This document shows positions 1 to 11,283 of a DNA stretch of 46,651 nt, one piece after another. Origin of the DNA: Coniocarpon cinnabarinum. Its lineage: Eukaryota. The stretch spans positions 124,001 through 170,651 of the forward strand of contig JAVECO010000022.1 in the NCBI GenBank assembly GCA_051942205.1, in the 5' to 3' direction. Position 1 is the stretch's first letter. Each line of letters starts with the position of its first letter. Below the pieces are notes generated by a model, which saw nothing but the letters and a program-made list of their open reading frames with translations, ran no database searches and was not told where the DNA came from. Both the position numbers and the translations under genes were made by a program.

Positions 1-456
1 ATCAGCCGAGCGTTCAGCACGCAGTGTTTCACACATTTGTACCCGCATTCAACCATCAATGTCACCCTCCACGTACTCACCCAAGACGGGAGTCTGCTGG
101 CGGCATGTATCAACGCAGCCACATTGGCCTTGGTCGATGCAGGTATACCAATGCAGCATTACATAAGCGCATGCACGGCTGGCTCGACATCCTCGTACTC
201 TTCTAACGAGGAAGCAGCTGATCCTCTGCTCGATCTCAACAGTCTCGAGGAGGCAGAGCTGCCGTTCTTGACTGTAGCGACCGTGGGTGGGACTGATCAA
301 ATCAGCGTGCTCATCATGGATACACGCGTCCAAATGCAAAGGGTCGAGGGCATGCTTGCACTTGCAATCGATGGGTGTCGAAGTATTCTGAACACTCTGG
401 ATCTGATCGTGAAGGAGCACGGCAAGCAAGTGTTGGAAAAAGCTCCCGGGGACTGA
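1..456 (+). CDS. RRP41: Exosome complex RNase PH-like subunit Rrp41/Ski6 (5' partial)
   Basis: Open frame from base 1 to TGA at 456; motifs YPHSTINVTLHVLTQDGSLLAACINAATLALVDAGIPM and DPLLDLNSLEEAELPFLTVAT are typical of Rrp41. Confidence 0.92.
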   Translation: MSRAFSTQCFTHLYPHSTINVTLHVLTQDGSLLAACINAATLALVDAGIPMQHYISACTAGSTSSYSSNEEAADPLLDLNSLEEAELPFLTVATVGGTDQISVLIMDTRVQMQRVEGMLALAIDGCRSILNTLDLIVKEHGKQVLEKAPGD

Positions 457-612
457 GCGGTGCGGTGACCGAAGAAGCAGAAAGCATTGCGTTGTGGTGC
501 TGGTCATCCGATGTGCCTCACGGACAATCTACGCGTCTGAGGGGACTGCCCGCAGTGGTGAGACGCGGTCGGTACGGGGAAAAAGCAGCCTGGTGCAGCG
601 TCCCTTTCCAAG

Positions 613-1680
613 TCATTCTCCCTTGCTGAGTTCTATCTCACGCTCCATCCACTGCCTTCGCTCCCTGGCTATTGCGATCCTCTGCGCCATCACAATTGCC
701 CACTCAGGAAGCAGATCAAACGATAGCATCCCGATAATATCATGACCAATGTACGGTCTCACTAACAGCCGACCACAACCGACCTTGTCCAGCGCAGCTC
801 TGACCCAGATCCGGGCAGTTGGCTGCCAGAAGTTTGATTTTTGGCTGACCCCACCAGTCTCTGCCACGATACCCGAGGAGAAACACATACACTCCCCTGT
901 GGACAAATGCGGCTGCATGGCGAGTTCTTGAGACAGGGCACAAGACCAGCTTGATATGTAGGCCTTCGTGCCACTGTAGACAGATAACAAAGGTGAACCT
1001 AACACACCACCTAAGGAAGAGATATTGAGAATGAGAAACGGCGCAGCCTTTGCCTGTGGGCGATTTGAGTTCGGGGGCTTGCCGCTCATGATGGGCAACA
1101 ATCCACGTGTGAGCTGAGTGGTAAAGCGGGCATTCAAGTTAATGGTACTATCAACGTCCGCCGCGGTTATGTTTTGCAACGCGAGGAAGGGTGACTTGTG
1201 TCCGTAGATTCCGTTCAATGCTCCGACATTGTTCACCAGGACTGTGAGCGGCCCGGGAAGCGAGGCCATCTCATCCGTGGTTCTAAGAATGGCCTGTTTC
1301 ATGCCATGCGAGTTGGCGGCGTCGGCGACCACATAGCGGAACGATGCCTTCGGATACTTCCGTTCAAAAATGCTGATCGACGTCTGGAGCTTCCCCTCGT
1401 TGCGTCCATGTAGCACAATGTTGAAGCCTTGCTGGGCTAATTGATCGGCGAACACTTCTCCAATGCCTCCGGTCGCGCCGGTCACAAGCGCCCATGCGCC
1501 GGGTCGCCGGTATCTGGACAGCGTCGATGAATGGACGAAATGAAGATGAATGAAGAAGTACAGTTGTACCAGAAGATGCAATAACCTGACAGAGCTGAGC
1601 AGAGCAAGCCCAAGGATGATGCCGACGGGCAAGTTTTCCGGTATAGACTGGATCATGTTCTCTTCGGAATGTTGCGTCAT
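613..1680 (-). CDS. Short-chain dehydrogenase/reductase, 17-beta-HSD12 / very-long-chain 3-oxoacyl-CoA reductase-like
   Basis: Intronless 355 aa ORF with N-terminal hydrophobic anchor, WALVTGATGGIG Rossmann motif, NNVG, NISS and catalytic YSGTK. Confidence 0.88.
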   Translation of the reverse strand: MTQHSEENMIQSIPENLPVGIILGLALLSSVRLLHLLVQLYFFIHLHFVHSSTLSRYRRPGAWALVTGATGGIGEVFADQLAQQGFNIVLHGRNEGKLQTSISIFERKYPKASFRYVVADAANSHGMKQAILRTTDEMASLPGPLTVLVNNVGALNGIYGHKSPFLALQNITAADVDSTINLNARFTTQLTRGLLPIMSGKPPNSNRPQAKAAPFLILNISSLGGVLGSPLLSVYSGTKAYISSWSCALSQELAMQPHLSTGECMCFSSGIVAETGGVSQKSNFWQPTARIWVRAALDKVGCGRLLVRPYIGHDIIGMLSFDLLPEWAIVMAQRIAIARERRQWMEREIELSKGE

Positions 1681-2308
1681 CCGCCTATTGCCTCGCTGTA
1701 TGCCATCAACCTGAATGTGTAGCCTGAAAAGCTTATTACTTGTTGCTTAGAACGACCTCCGTCTTCCTCTTAATACCGAACCCCAGTGCCAAAATGAAGA
1801 GCAAGGAGAGGGACGTGCTTGATCTCTTGATGGACCTCCTTGAGCTCTGACGTCAAAGCATGTGATATGGTTTGGGTTCAACCGTTGGACGACGTAATAA
1901 TGGGAATGTATATCTGTATGTACTGCAAAGAATCACAGGCGTTTTCCAAAGCAAAGTCGCCCTTGCAACGTCCTCATAAGCGCTTGCCTTGTCCAACACC
2001 GGCGCAAGATAATCATGAAACTCAAAAAAGCAATGATGAACTCTACGCTTGGTGGCACTTGAGGATTCAGTACCGTCCAGCAAGGGATTCATTACAGTCA
2101 TTGATGTGGTCCATGTGTGCTAGCAAAACGGTTGCATCGAAAAACAAAGACATCCCTACGTTAACGCCAGAGGTCTCGAAATGTATTCAAACATGCGCTA
2201 AAACATAACCGAGAGTATGATGCATGGTACTCATAGGTCGTATCCAACGTGAAAATTGGGATACAAGACCGAGCTCGTTGCGCAACAGGCATTGCTGTCA
2301 TGCGCCAA

Positions 2309-3887
2309 CTACTGGCGCCAAGTGCTCGCGCCCCCGATACTGAAGAAGTCGTCGTCAAGGCCGAAGCCTTGCACGACATCCGGCTCGACTTGAATCCCAT
2401 TGGTGCCTTCGTCCATTCCATTGTCAACGCTCGTGACATCTTTGTACTCGTCACAATCTCTGTAAACATCTAGGTTGCTGTTGCAAGAATTGTACTCAAG
2501 GTCTTCAAAGTCGAAAATGTTGTTAGATGTGATGTCGGACGGTACTGCAGAAAGACGAAGGTTGCTCTCTGATGCCGTCGCGGTCGGCGGCCTTGGTGAC
2601 ACACCATAATCAAACGGCTGAGGGTATGACGAGCCGTAATGTAGCGCTGCGTGAATAATTGTTGGATTTGCTGGCCCGGCACCGGTCTCAATGGACTGTG
2701 AACCATTTGGAAAATATGGAACGAAGGTATCTGTAGTGGTTCGAAGAGGCTGGTATGGTGCGTACTGCGCAGGGTGGCTTGTGACTGCGAAGCCGCTACT
2801 CGTGGGTGGCCAGTCAGAGCCAGGCTGAAAACCGGTTGGAATTCTAGCGCCGGCTTCAGAACGGAGCATGCTGGGTCCCTGCTCTGTCGTGTGGGTCGCG
2901 AAGAAGTCATTCACGCAAGATGTGGAGTGGCTGGCGCCCAGGTGGGTCCGCTGATCCACCATATTGGGGATATACCGATCATTTCGCGTGTTTTGCAAGT
3001 GGTGTGCTCGACGACCCTTTCGATTTAACTGACTGCCCGAAGAGTTTCGCGATTGTTTAAGTGCTTTCGCTCGTCGAGACCGAGGTTTTGCAGGGCTGAT
3101 ATATCGAAAACGCGTTGTTGGCTCGACGCCGCCGAAATAAAGAGCTTCATCCGCAAGCATCCAGCTATTGGCAGGTGGATTGTCAGGCGTTGTTCGCGAT
3201 CCTCGTTGGAACGCCTGCAAGTGTCAGTAATGCTCCACAGCTGCGCACAAGCTGACTTACTTGATTCATAGAAAGATTGTGACGGACACTATTCATCCAT
3301 CCATTATTTTCGGGGTCCTTCGCCTTAGTTGTGTTGATTCTGAACCATTCGTAAATGTCTTGCAAAATGCATTCATGATTTGGCATATCCATAAGGCATT
3401 GGAATAAAAGTTGATTGTACGGCAAATCGACCTCCTCCTCGTCTGCTGCGCTACTGCCACTTTCAGAAGCTAGATTTTGGAACTTGTCAGAAGCGACACT
3501 GAAATTGGGATACGGACTGGCGCGAGAAATCAAGGAGCCGTCATATGGAGTGGAGCTGCGAGATGCTTGAGACGTCGAGAACTTATTAGAACCAAGCGTA
3601 ACCACTACAACTGAGAAGATTCACTCACCTGGAATTTGTGTTTGGCGGTTTCCCAATCCGCAGTGTATCGCCGTGGGATCCATGCACTCCTGGGCAAAAA
3701 TCGCGTTTTGATTGTTGAGCTGTGCGTGCCCGGCTGAGCCCAGGTGATCCTGCTGCATGAGCCATCGAGCCGTTTCAACAGCTCGGCAGGGCGGCAGAGC
3801 GATGTCAGACTCAGACTGATCGATGCAGGCTGTAATTGAATGTAAATTATCGTTGTTCACCTCTCGGGTTTGTTTAAATGGCGTCAT
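2309..3887 (-). CDS. Forkhead-box transcription factor (3 exons)
   Basis: Forkhead domain LPYNQLLFQCL...LQDIYEWF...GWMNSVRHNLSMNQ/AF. Inferred introns 3566-3628 (phase 1) and 3215-3260 (GTAAGT..CTGAC..CAG) join three ORFs in frame. The start ATG at 3887 is tentative. Confidence 0.85.
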
Positions 3888-5317
3888 TGCGTAGCGCGGG
3901 CTCGAGAGGATTGATGCACAGAAAGGCCGGAATAAATGGAGGAATCTGCAAATCTCAGTCGACGGTCGACACGCAGGGTGTCTAAGGATGCAGGTGAAAA
4001 GTGGGGTCAATGATGATAGCAACCACCTGGGGGTCAAGAGCTGAGACGAAAGGTGGTCTGAATTCCACTGTAGCGCAGTAAAGCCTTGAGTGGAAGTTTA
4101 CTGGCGAGAGCGAGACCCGCTCTACAGCATCGGCGGCCTTGATATCAGCGTATTATCACGGTAGGTTTTAGAGGAAAGCGTGGGAGAAGAAAGCGCTGGA
4201 GCTGGGAGAAGCTCACCTGCAGTCTTCTGAGAAGAGACAGGCGCAGTGAACTGGTGGAGCCTGATCTGGATGAGAGTGACGCAGTGGGCAAAAGAGGTCT
4301 GGGGTCTGTTGATGGACAAAGGGAAGGCTTCAGCATCAAGGAGCGGTGAAGGCGGTATGTGGCGTGCAGCTGGGCGGCGAAAAAGGGACATCTCATCTAC
4401 GCCTGCAGACCGGGACTTGCATGCAGGACGGGGCTGCTTCGTCCAGCAAGCCCAGAAGCGAGTGTGGACAGGAGGGAGACTCGTGTGCGTCTCGCCAACA
4501 TTGTGGGCACGACTGCGGCTCGCGCCCTCGTGTACTCCCAAGGCAGAGCCGTGTGAAGCTGGCCGGTGACGTTGCACGCTGGTGACAGCCGAGGAGGGTG
4601 GAGGAGAAGGGGAAACTGGGGCAGATGCAGATTGCCAGCAGGACTGGATGCCTAGCTGGGCCTTCACCGCCGAGAGTTGATATGCAGGCATCCGAGCCCA
4701 AGCAAGCGCCGCGGCTCCGTACTTGCACGCCCGTTCCTTGTGAAGACGAGGCTCTGGAGGTATCCCGAGCCAGTACCTGACGTGCCTGGGCGCATATGCC
4801 GCAAAGGCTCGGGCCGGCTGATTATCCCTACCTAGGTATTATGCATCACCGGACGCTGCATCATGCAAGCCCATCTGGGCCAGCAACGTGTCTCTGACCG
4901 AACTGCCTGTTCCACGTGTCACAGACAGATCGTATCCAATCGTGTTCAACCCAACCCGACCCAGCGAAAGGCTTGGGAACATCCGATTGTGAGTCGATTT
5001 CAACCGTGGCCCGGACAAGAGCAGCCTAGTGGATCAACTTCATCAAGCGAGCGCCTTCATGTCGCCCGTCTCAGATATGGCCGCAGACAGCATACATGTA
5101 GGGTATGGTTTCTAACGCGAGTAGGCCGCAAAGTAGATACTGCGCCCTGACAGCATATTACCTGGAATGCGTCTGAGCCAAGCTGGAAGAGTTGGATTTC
5201 ACCAGATAAAGCTAACGACCGAGCACGGGTAGCTCTTGCACGCGTCTTGTACATGCGAGGCGCTTCCAGAGTTCCAGATCAAGGCTCTACCGATGGTCCG
5301 ACCAATCGAGGTTCCAT

Positions 5318-6944
5318 CTATTTACGGTAGAACATCTGGATATCGAGGTCAGCATCTTGCCCCCAACTGTGAATAGAGGCGCGTCACTTACTCTTCGGAA
5401 TTGGAAGTGGAGCTGCAAGACACCCTGAATAAGAGATCAGCGAAACTGAGCACGTGAATAAACATTTCTTCAGACTCACGCCTTCGAATGTGCTCTTGAA
5501 ACCTCGCTCATGCTTTGCGCTATAATCCCATTCACGGTCGATGATGCGAAAAGCAAGATCTTGATAGGGCGGATCTGCCAGAAATCGGATAATGCACGTG
5601 TCGTCTTCGCCATTGTGTGTCGACGCCTCGCCTCTTCGACGGTTTTTGTCTCGAAGAATCTTATACGTGGGGCCTCGGGGTTTGTTGAGGAGGTCGGGAT
5701 AGAAAATGTTGAACTTGTAGCCTTGCACCACTTTCGGCGGCGGATGGTCATGGTCATAGTGCGTCTGATTATATTTGTTCCACTCGTAGCCCAACAGAAC
5801 CCGGTTGAAGTATCGTGGTTTGCGAAGCTCTACTGAAGAAGATTTGCCACGGTCGACTGGAAGATCAGCTTCCTCACTGAATACCTCTTCATCTTCTGCG
5901 GCATCTTTGGCTGCTTCCTGAGCAAAGAGTGCATCGTCCTTGGAGCCATGCTCACGAGCAGGCGTAGGTGATGCACTGTTAGCCTTATCGCCCCCTCCTA
6001 TCTCCCTGACACCGGGGGCGTTCTTCCTCATCTCTTCAGATATATGCCCAGTCTTAATGACATGGTCACGCTCACGCGCCTGATAATTGTCAGTAATGGA
6101 CATATTGGAGTTTCAGACGTGCTGAACGTACCACTCGACGGAGCCACACGTCTTCATCGACAAGGGGAAGCGTCTTGCAGGACCTGGGTATCTTCAGCAG
6201 CGGTTCAGGATCCAACTGCGAGTGCAAATCCTTGCTGCACAGGGCTGTCCGAATTTCCACTCTCGGCGTGTTTTCTAATTGTTTTGCTTTTCCGTTTGCA
6301 ATACGTGCTTGATGTTCTATGCGTTTCCCGTTCCTTGCGGCAATGATTTGCATGCCGGTTGTCTTGAGCTGTTCGCGGGACTTGGCAAGCGTGGCGCCAG
6401 ACAATAGCGATTGCCAGTAATCCGAGTCTACGGGCTGACCTGAGGATAATTTTGCCCTAATCTGATCTTCCAGCACAGTAAGCTCGTCAATCGTCTTTGA
6501 CCTGAAAATCTTGGACGCATCTTGAGATACAGAGGTGGAGTTGGCAGCACCGCGTGCCGCCTTGTCGTGGTTTTGTAATAGGTCTCTGCAAACTGCACAA
6601 ACACCATGCCAGAACTCTTTCTTAATTGCTGTAGTTTCCACGCTAATGAGGCTCATGAACACGTCCATGTCCTTGTCGAGATCCTTAAGCAGACCATCTT
6701 CGAGACTTTCGAGGTATGAGAGAGGATCTACCGGCTCAAGTTTGGCTTCGGAGACTTCGTGATCAAAACTGTGCCTGGTATCGTCAATGAATTGAATGGT
6801 GACCGCTAGTCTGTCAATCGGTTTAGCCCGACCTTCCTGCGTCCGAATTTGGGCTTTCTTGTAGGCTTGTCTTAGGACGAACGCATCCTCGTCCGCAAGC
6901 CAGGCAGCTTCAAGGTCGTCGACCGTCCGTTTTCTTGGATTCAT
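5318..6944 (-). CDS. Cactin (spliceosome-associated), multi-exon
   Basis: Cactin mid region (EDAFVLRQAYKKAQIRTQEGRAKPIDRL; VDSDYW) and C-terminal domain (KPRYFNRVLLGYEWNKYNQTHYDHDHPPPKVVQGYKFNIFYPDL). Small terminal exons give GVLQLHFQFRR / MFYRK* with the stop at 5318-5320. Confidence 0.93.
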
Positions 6945-7121
6945 GTTCACTAATGAGCCCGAGGAGCCGTGTCCCGAATATTTGGCTGGGAGGATTAACT
7001 GCAGCTGCGCCTACACTGACCCGAATTAAGAAGCGACAGGTCGAGGCTTACAGCCTCAGCGCAGCCTCAGTCATATCATGTCGAAAACGCTCTTGGTGAC
7101 GTTGAGGGAGACCAGGGTAAC

Positions 7122-7131
7122 GTCACGTGAC
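7122..7131. promoter_or_regulatory. GTCACGTGAC palindrome (extended E-box, bHLH/Cbf1-type site) in the divergent cactin/XLF promoter
   Basis: Perfect 10-bp palindrome in the ~470-bp gap between divergent starts. Function is inferred only. Confidence 0.4.
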
Positions 7132-7418
7132 TATGAACCTACTGATATTTATCGAACACACCCTGTATGCCTGACTTCTCCCAAAGTAATTCTGCCCTTG
7201 TCCTGACATCGACTCCTCAACCTCCGCTTCATCGTGGGCGACAACTGGTTTTGCGCTTCAAAAGCCCTGAGTTTGGCTACATGTGTTTCTAAACTGTACA
7301 GAAAATTTCGAATAGCCGGGCGCAGCGCACGAAAGCGGTTGTTGGCGGCTTGGGGGCTTCATCTTACCGTTTTCTTTCTCAGTGCTCGCCTTCCCGGTCA
7401 TTTGAATAGCATTCAAAA

Positions 7419-8921
7419 ATGTCCATCAAGAGCTGGGAGAGATTGTCTCCTAGCGCCGCATCGAACGAATCTCAGTACCTTTTTAGATTCATTGCAAGTG
7501 TTGAGGGCTACTGCTTGCATGTTACCGACCTCTCTTGCATATGGACGGAGGAGCTCACTCGATCTGACATAGTTCGACAGGCAACTACTGTCAATTCTCC
7601 AATAGATCCATCGCAAGACGACGATCAGACTAAAGTCTTTCATCAGCATCTACATAGGGCATTAGGCGGCGATCATGAAACGAAAAGTCACTGCGAAGTG
7701 TCAAGGAAGCCGAAGTCCTTAATCATTAGGACTGCTTGTAAACTTCCCGCTGCTCTTGGCTCTTTGCAATGGACGTTCTCCGCCGAGCTTCAAGAGAGTC
7801 AAAATTTCCGTGATGAAGTTCTCATGCCCGTTGTGGAGAAGGTCAACGCACAGTCACAGGCGCTGGCAGATCTCGTGCGACTTCTGCAAGAGAAGGACAG
7901 CGCAGTGTCAGATCTGATTGACAGAGTCGAATCTGCCGGCGTCCAGCTGACTGCCGCATTTCCAACAGCCTTCGCTAACCAGTCAAATCAGAAGCTGAGT
8001 AAGAAAGAGCAAATCAGGAGATCCGTGAAAGGCCTTGAGGTCTTTGATGTCCAGACCTTCGTAAATGAATCACGCGTCGAGAACCAGCAATCAGATTCTT
8101 TCGTAAACTCTTTTATGCATGCTTCACAAACGTCACCAGCGACCGATGCTGGCAGTCCTGCTCCGAAAGTCCAGACGTCTGACGGTCACGTAAACCTCAT
8201 AGATGCCCAGAAGGCTGACAGCAATAGTTTGGTGGAACGTCTATCTCCTCACACTCGGGGAGCCAGTTCAAAGCATGCGATCGCTTCGGACGATGACACG
8301 ACTGAGGATGATCTCGACCCCGTCGACTCAGCGAAACTTACTAAGGCATCCAACATTGGACCTGAGCGTGATAGACTTTCATATCGCTCTCGTGAACAAC
8401 AGGAAACAGACGAAGACCAGCCTCATAGCGGAGTGGAAACAGCCTCACCAACAACAACAAAGGCAACAAGCAAGAAAAAGATTGGCTCCATCGGTAAACG
8501 AGAAAAATCCAAAGACCTCAAAGCCGATGGCTCCTATGTTGATTCAGACCTTGGCGAACAAAAGATCGATTCACTACCAATGTACGATGAACATCCACTG
8601 AAGAAGACTACAAAAAATAGGATCGGGGTCATCGGTGGGCGTAAATCTACGAAGCAAGTACATGACGTAACGGCAACGGATAAACCTACCCGAGATCCAA
8701 TGGAACATACTCCAAGTCCACGAAGGTTGAGTAATGAAGGAGACCCATCAATAGACAAAGGATCACAGAGCACACCACAAGAAGAGGCTGCTGCAGCTGC
8801 CAAGACGGACGCTGCAACGACCCTTGATCCTCAGCAAGAAGCAGATCACAAGAGGCAAGTCCTGAAACGCGAGCTTGAGTCCAGGGGAAAAGCACAAAAC
8901 AAAAAGCGCAGAAAGTTCTAG
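7419..8921 (+). CDS. NEJ1: XRCC4-like factor XLF/Cernunnos/Nej1 (NHEJ)
   Basis: 500 aa; head domain (LHVTDLSCIWTEEL, SPIDPSQDDDQ, LPAALGSLQWTF), coiled coil (LLQEKDSAVSDLID), disordered tail ending in basic KKRRKF. Confidence 0.85.
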   Translation: MSIKSWERLSPSAASNESQYLFRFIASVEGYCLHVTDLSCIWTEELTRSDIVRQATTVNSPIDPSQDDDQTKVFHQHLHRALGGDHETKSHCEVSRKPKSLIIRTACKLPAALGSLQWTFSAELQESQNFRDEVLMPVVEKVNAQSQALADLVRLLQEKDSAVSDLIDRVESAGVQLTAAFPTAFANQSNQKLSKKEQIRRSVKGLEVFDVQTFVNESRVENQQSDSFVNSFMHASQTSPATDAGSPAPKVQTSDGHVNLIDAQKADSNSLVERLSPHTRGASSKHAIASDDDTTEDDLDPVDSAKLTKASNIGPERDRLSYRSREQQETDEDQPHSGVETASPTTTKATSKKKIGSIGKREKSKDLKADGSYVDSDLGEQKIDSLPMYDEHPLKKTTKNRIGVIGGRKSTKQVHDVTATDKPTRDPMEHTPSPRRLSNEGDPSIDKGSQSTPQEEAAAAAKTDAATTLDPQQEADHKRQVLKRELESRGKAQNKKRRKF

Positions 8922-11283
8922 GAGGATGCGGACGCAAGACTCTTAAGGGATAGCGTTCAGTCTTTCGTGCCTATCTACCTGATGAGCATATCGGAGTTGA
9001 TCTTGCTGATCTTGCCACACAATTCCATGTCTGACAATAATTGCAGATGGACAAGGCTAATTTCCCAGACTCTGGCTCCATAGCATATTCGCGGCCCTAG
9101 CGCAACAGTTTGTGTTGACATTGCAAATCCAGCAACAATGCGGCGAATCTGTAAGCTTCTAGTTGAAAAATGCAGCAAAGAATCGTTGAATAACGTCTGC
9201 CGAATTTTGCTGCATGACAGGACTCCGTCAGAGACGAATGGTCGATGTTCTTCGGTTCAGTTTCTCCTGCTCGAAACCTCAACGTGTGCTATATATCTTT
9301 CTGCAGCTTTACAGTTCGGACAGACGTCTTGATGAGGGACTACGGCGATCGTCTTCGGGTTTCGTTCGTCACAATCCCAGCTTGGATGAAAAGGTACACC
9401 AGGCTTGTGGGCCTCGACATCTGCAATCATCAGTCAGGTTCTTCGCTCTCAATTTCGTCGCCATTGTTACTTACTAATCCGCAATATCTCGTAGTACATC
9501 TTGGAGCAGCATTTGTGGTAGTAAACGCTGTTTGCGAGGCGACCACACGCGTAGCGACGTCTGTGGAATTGGCACATACTATCGCAGGATTTTTGGACCG
9601 ATGACGCTGATAAGCTTCAGATTTTCCAAAGCAAGTGTCGCTGAGTGCTCAGGTGGATGTCCGCATAGACGGTCATTTGAGGTGGAAGGCACCTCATTTC
9701 CTTTGAAGAGCGCTTGCGGAGCCACTTTCAATATCTCACTCCAGCAAACACAAGATGAAAACAGAAGAAGACAAACTGGCATCATTGGGGTTTGATGTTC
9801 CACGTCACATTGGAAGAATACAAAATGCACCAAACCCCTGTCATCAAGATTCCCTTCTGCGGTCCGTTCATACTTGCAACTCGAGGCAATGTACAAGAGC
9901 ATGAGTCAGGCTTGTACAGCGCGTGGAACCATGATGAATGAAGACACTTAGATCGCAGCACGAGCACACTTTTTCAGCCTTTCCAGATTTGCCTACACCA
10001 CAAACTCGACCACCAACGCTTAATTGGGGTGTTGAACGGGGAAGACGTGCCTTTTGACCTGCGGCTCAAGCCAACGTCACGGTAAAAGTTGAAGCACATG
10101 CTTGCATGACCTGTGAGCACCCGACATTGCCTCACGCTGCTACTGCATGCCATCGTGAGCTGGATGAAGGTTCACTGGATAAGATATTGCTCCAAACGTG
10201 CCGCTCTTGCGAACGCTATGAGTCTTGAGGTCCTTTCAAAAAGTGGCGCCGCGTTCGCCTTGCCTATCCGCGGTTGCGTATGGATACCAGCGGAAGCGCG
10301 GCGGGTTACCTGCGCAAACGCTCTGCTGGAGCCTCCTACCGCCGCATCCTGCGTCATGAAGAATACCGAACGCGTACTCGCCCTGCATGCCTGGTGCGCG
10401 TGGCCACGTTGATTATGCAAGCATGTTGCGCGTCCTCCCGCGTCCCACATGTGCAACCTGCATTGCGGAGCCACACCAATCAGATACTCCGCATGTACGC
10501 GCTGGCGATTATGGACGTGCAGGATGACGACCACCTCGGCTGCGTCACTGCCCTGCCGAGGGGCCTGATCTGGAAGTGGTACACGAGCGCAATTTCACAC
10601 CAGCAAAGCTGCTAACCAGTTCCATGCAGCTACCCGCGGTTTCAAGCTCAGCCTCTAGCCCTACGTTTCACACACACTGCCCCGATTTCCCCGCCAACCG
10701 CCCAGCGAGCGCCTTCAATGCCCTTCCCATACCTGTCCTTGTGGCATTTGTGAAGTGTGGAAAAAGCTGCAGCATCAAGTGGGCCCCTGTAAATGCAGGT
10801 TTCCGCAATGGATCGCATCGGTGGCACGGTCTGCTGCCTCCACAGCATGACATTAGATGGTCTGAGTGGGAGCTACCAGCGCAGCCAGTGTTGTCACTGA
10901 CAGTAAGATGTAAAAGCTGAAGCGGTGAAAAAAAGAGACAATTGGAGTCCCATAAACACACTGGGAAGGCGATCTGTTGAGAATACATATCTGGAAATGC
11001 TTCTGGCTGACTCGTCAGCTTGTGCTGAAGGAACGAGCGTGACTGCTCATGCAGACAAGCGACCTTGCCGGGCCATGACCACCGGAGGTTTCCTGCCGAT
11101 CATGGCATGACCAGGCAGATGAAGAGAGAGAGACCATATACAATGAAAAATGAAATGAGACTCGAATCACTACGTTTCTGATATTTTCGCTGCTTGAACA
11201 CGTATGTAATACCGTGAATCTATTTCTTTTAGAGTGCTGGACGATGGCCTTCCATTACTTCGAACTGGATGAGTCCACGCCTT

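Noticed and set aside
613..1680. SDR as part of a secondary-metabolite cluster
   Set aside because: No backbone (PKS/NRPS/terpene) or tailoring genes in the window; neighbours are housekeeping genes.
4122..4728. ORFs upstream of the forkhead gene
   Set aside because: No recognisable motifs; more likely promoter or 5' leader.
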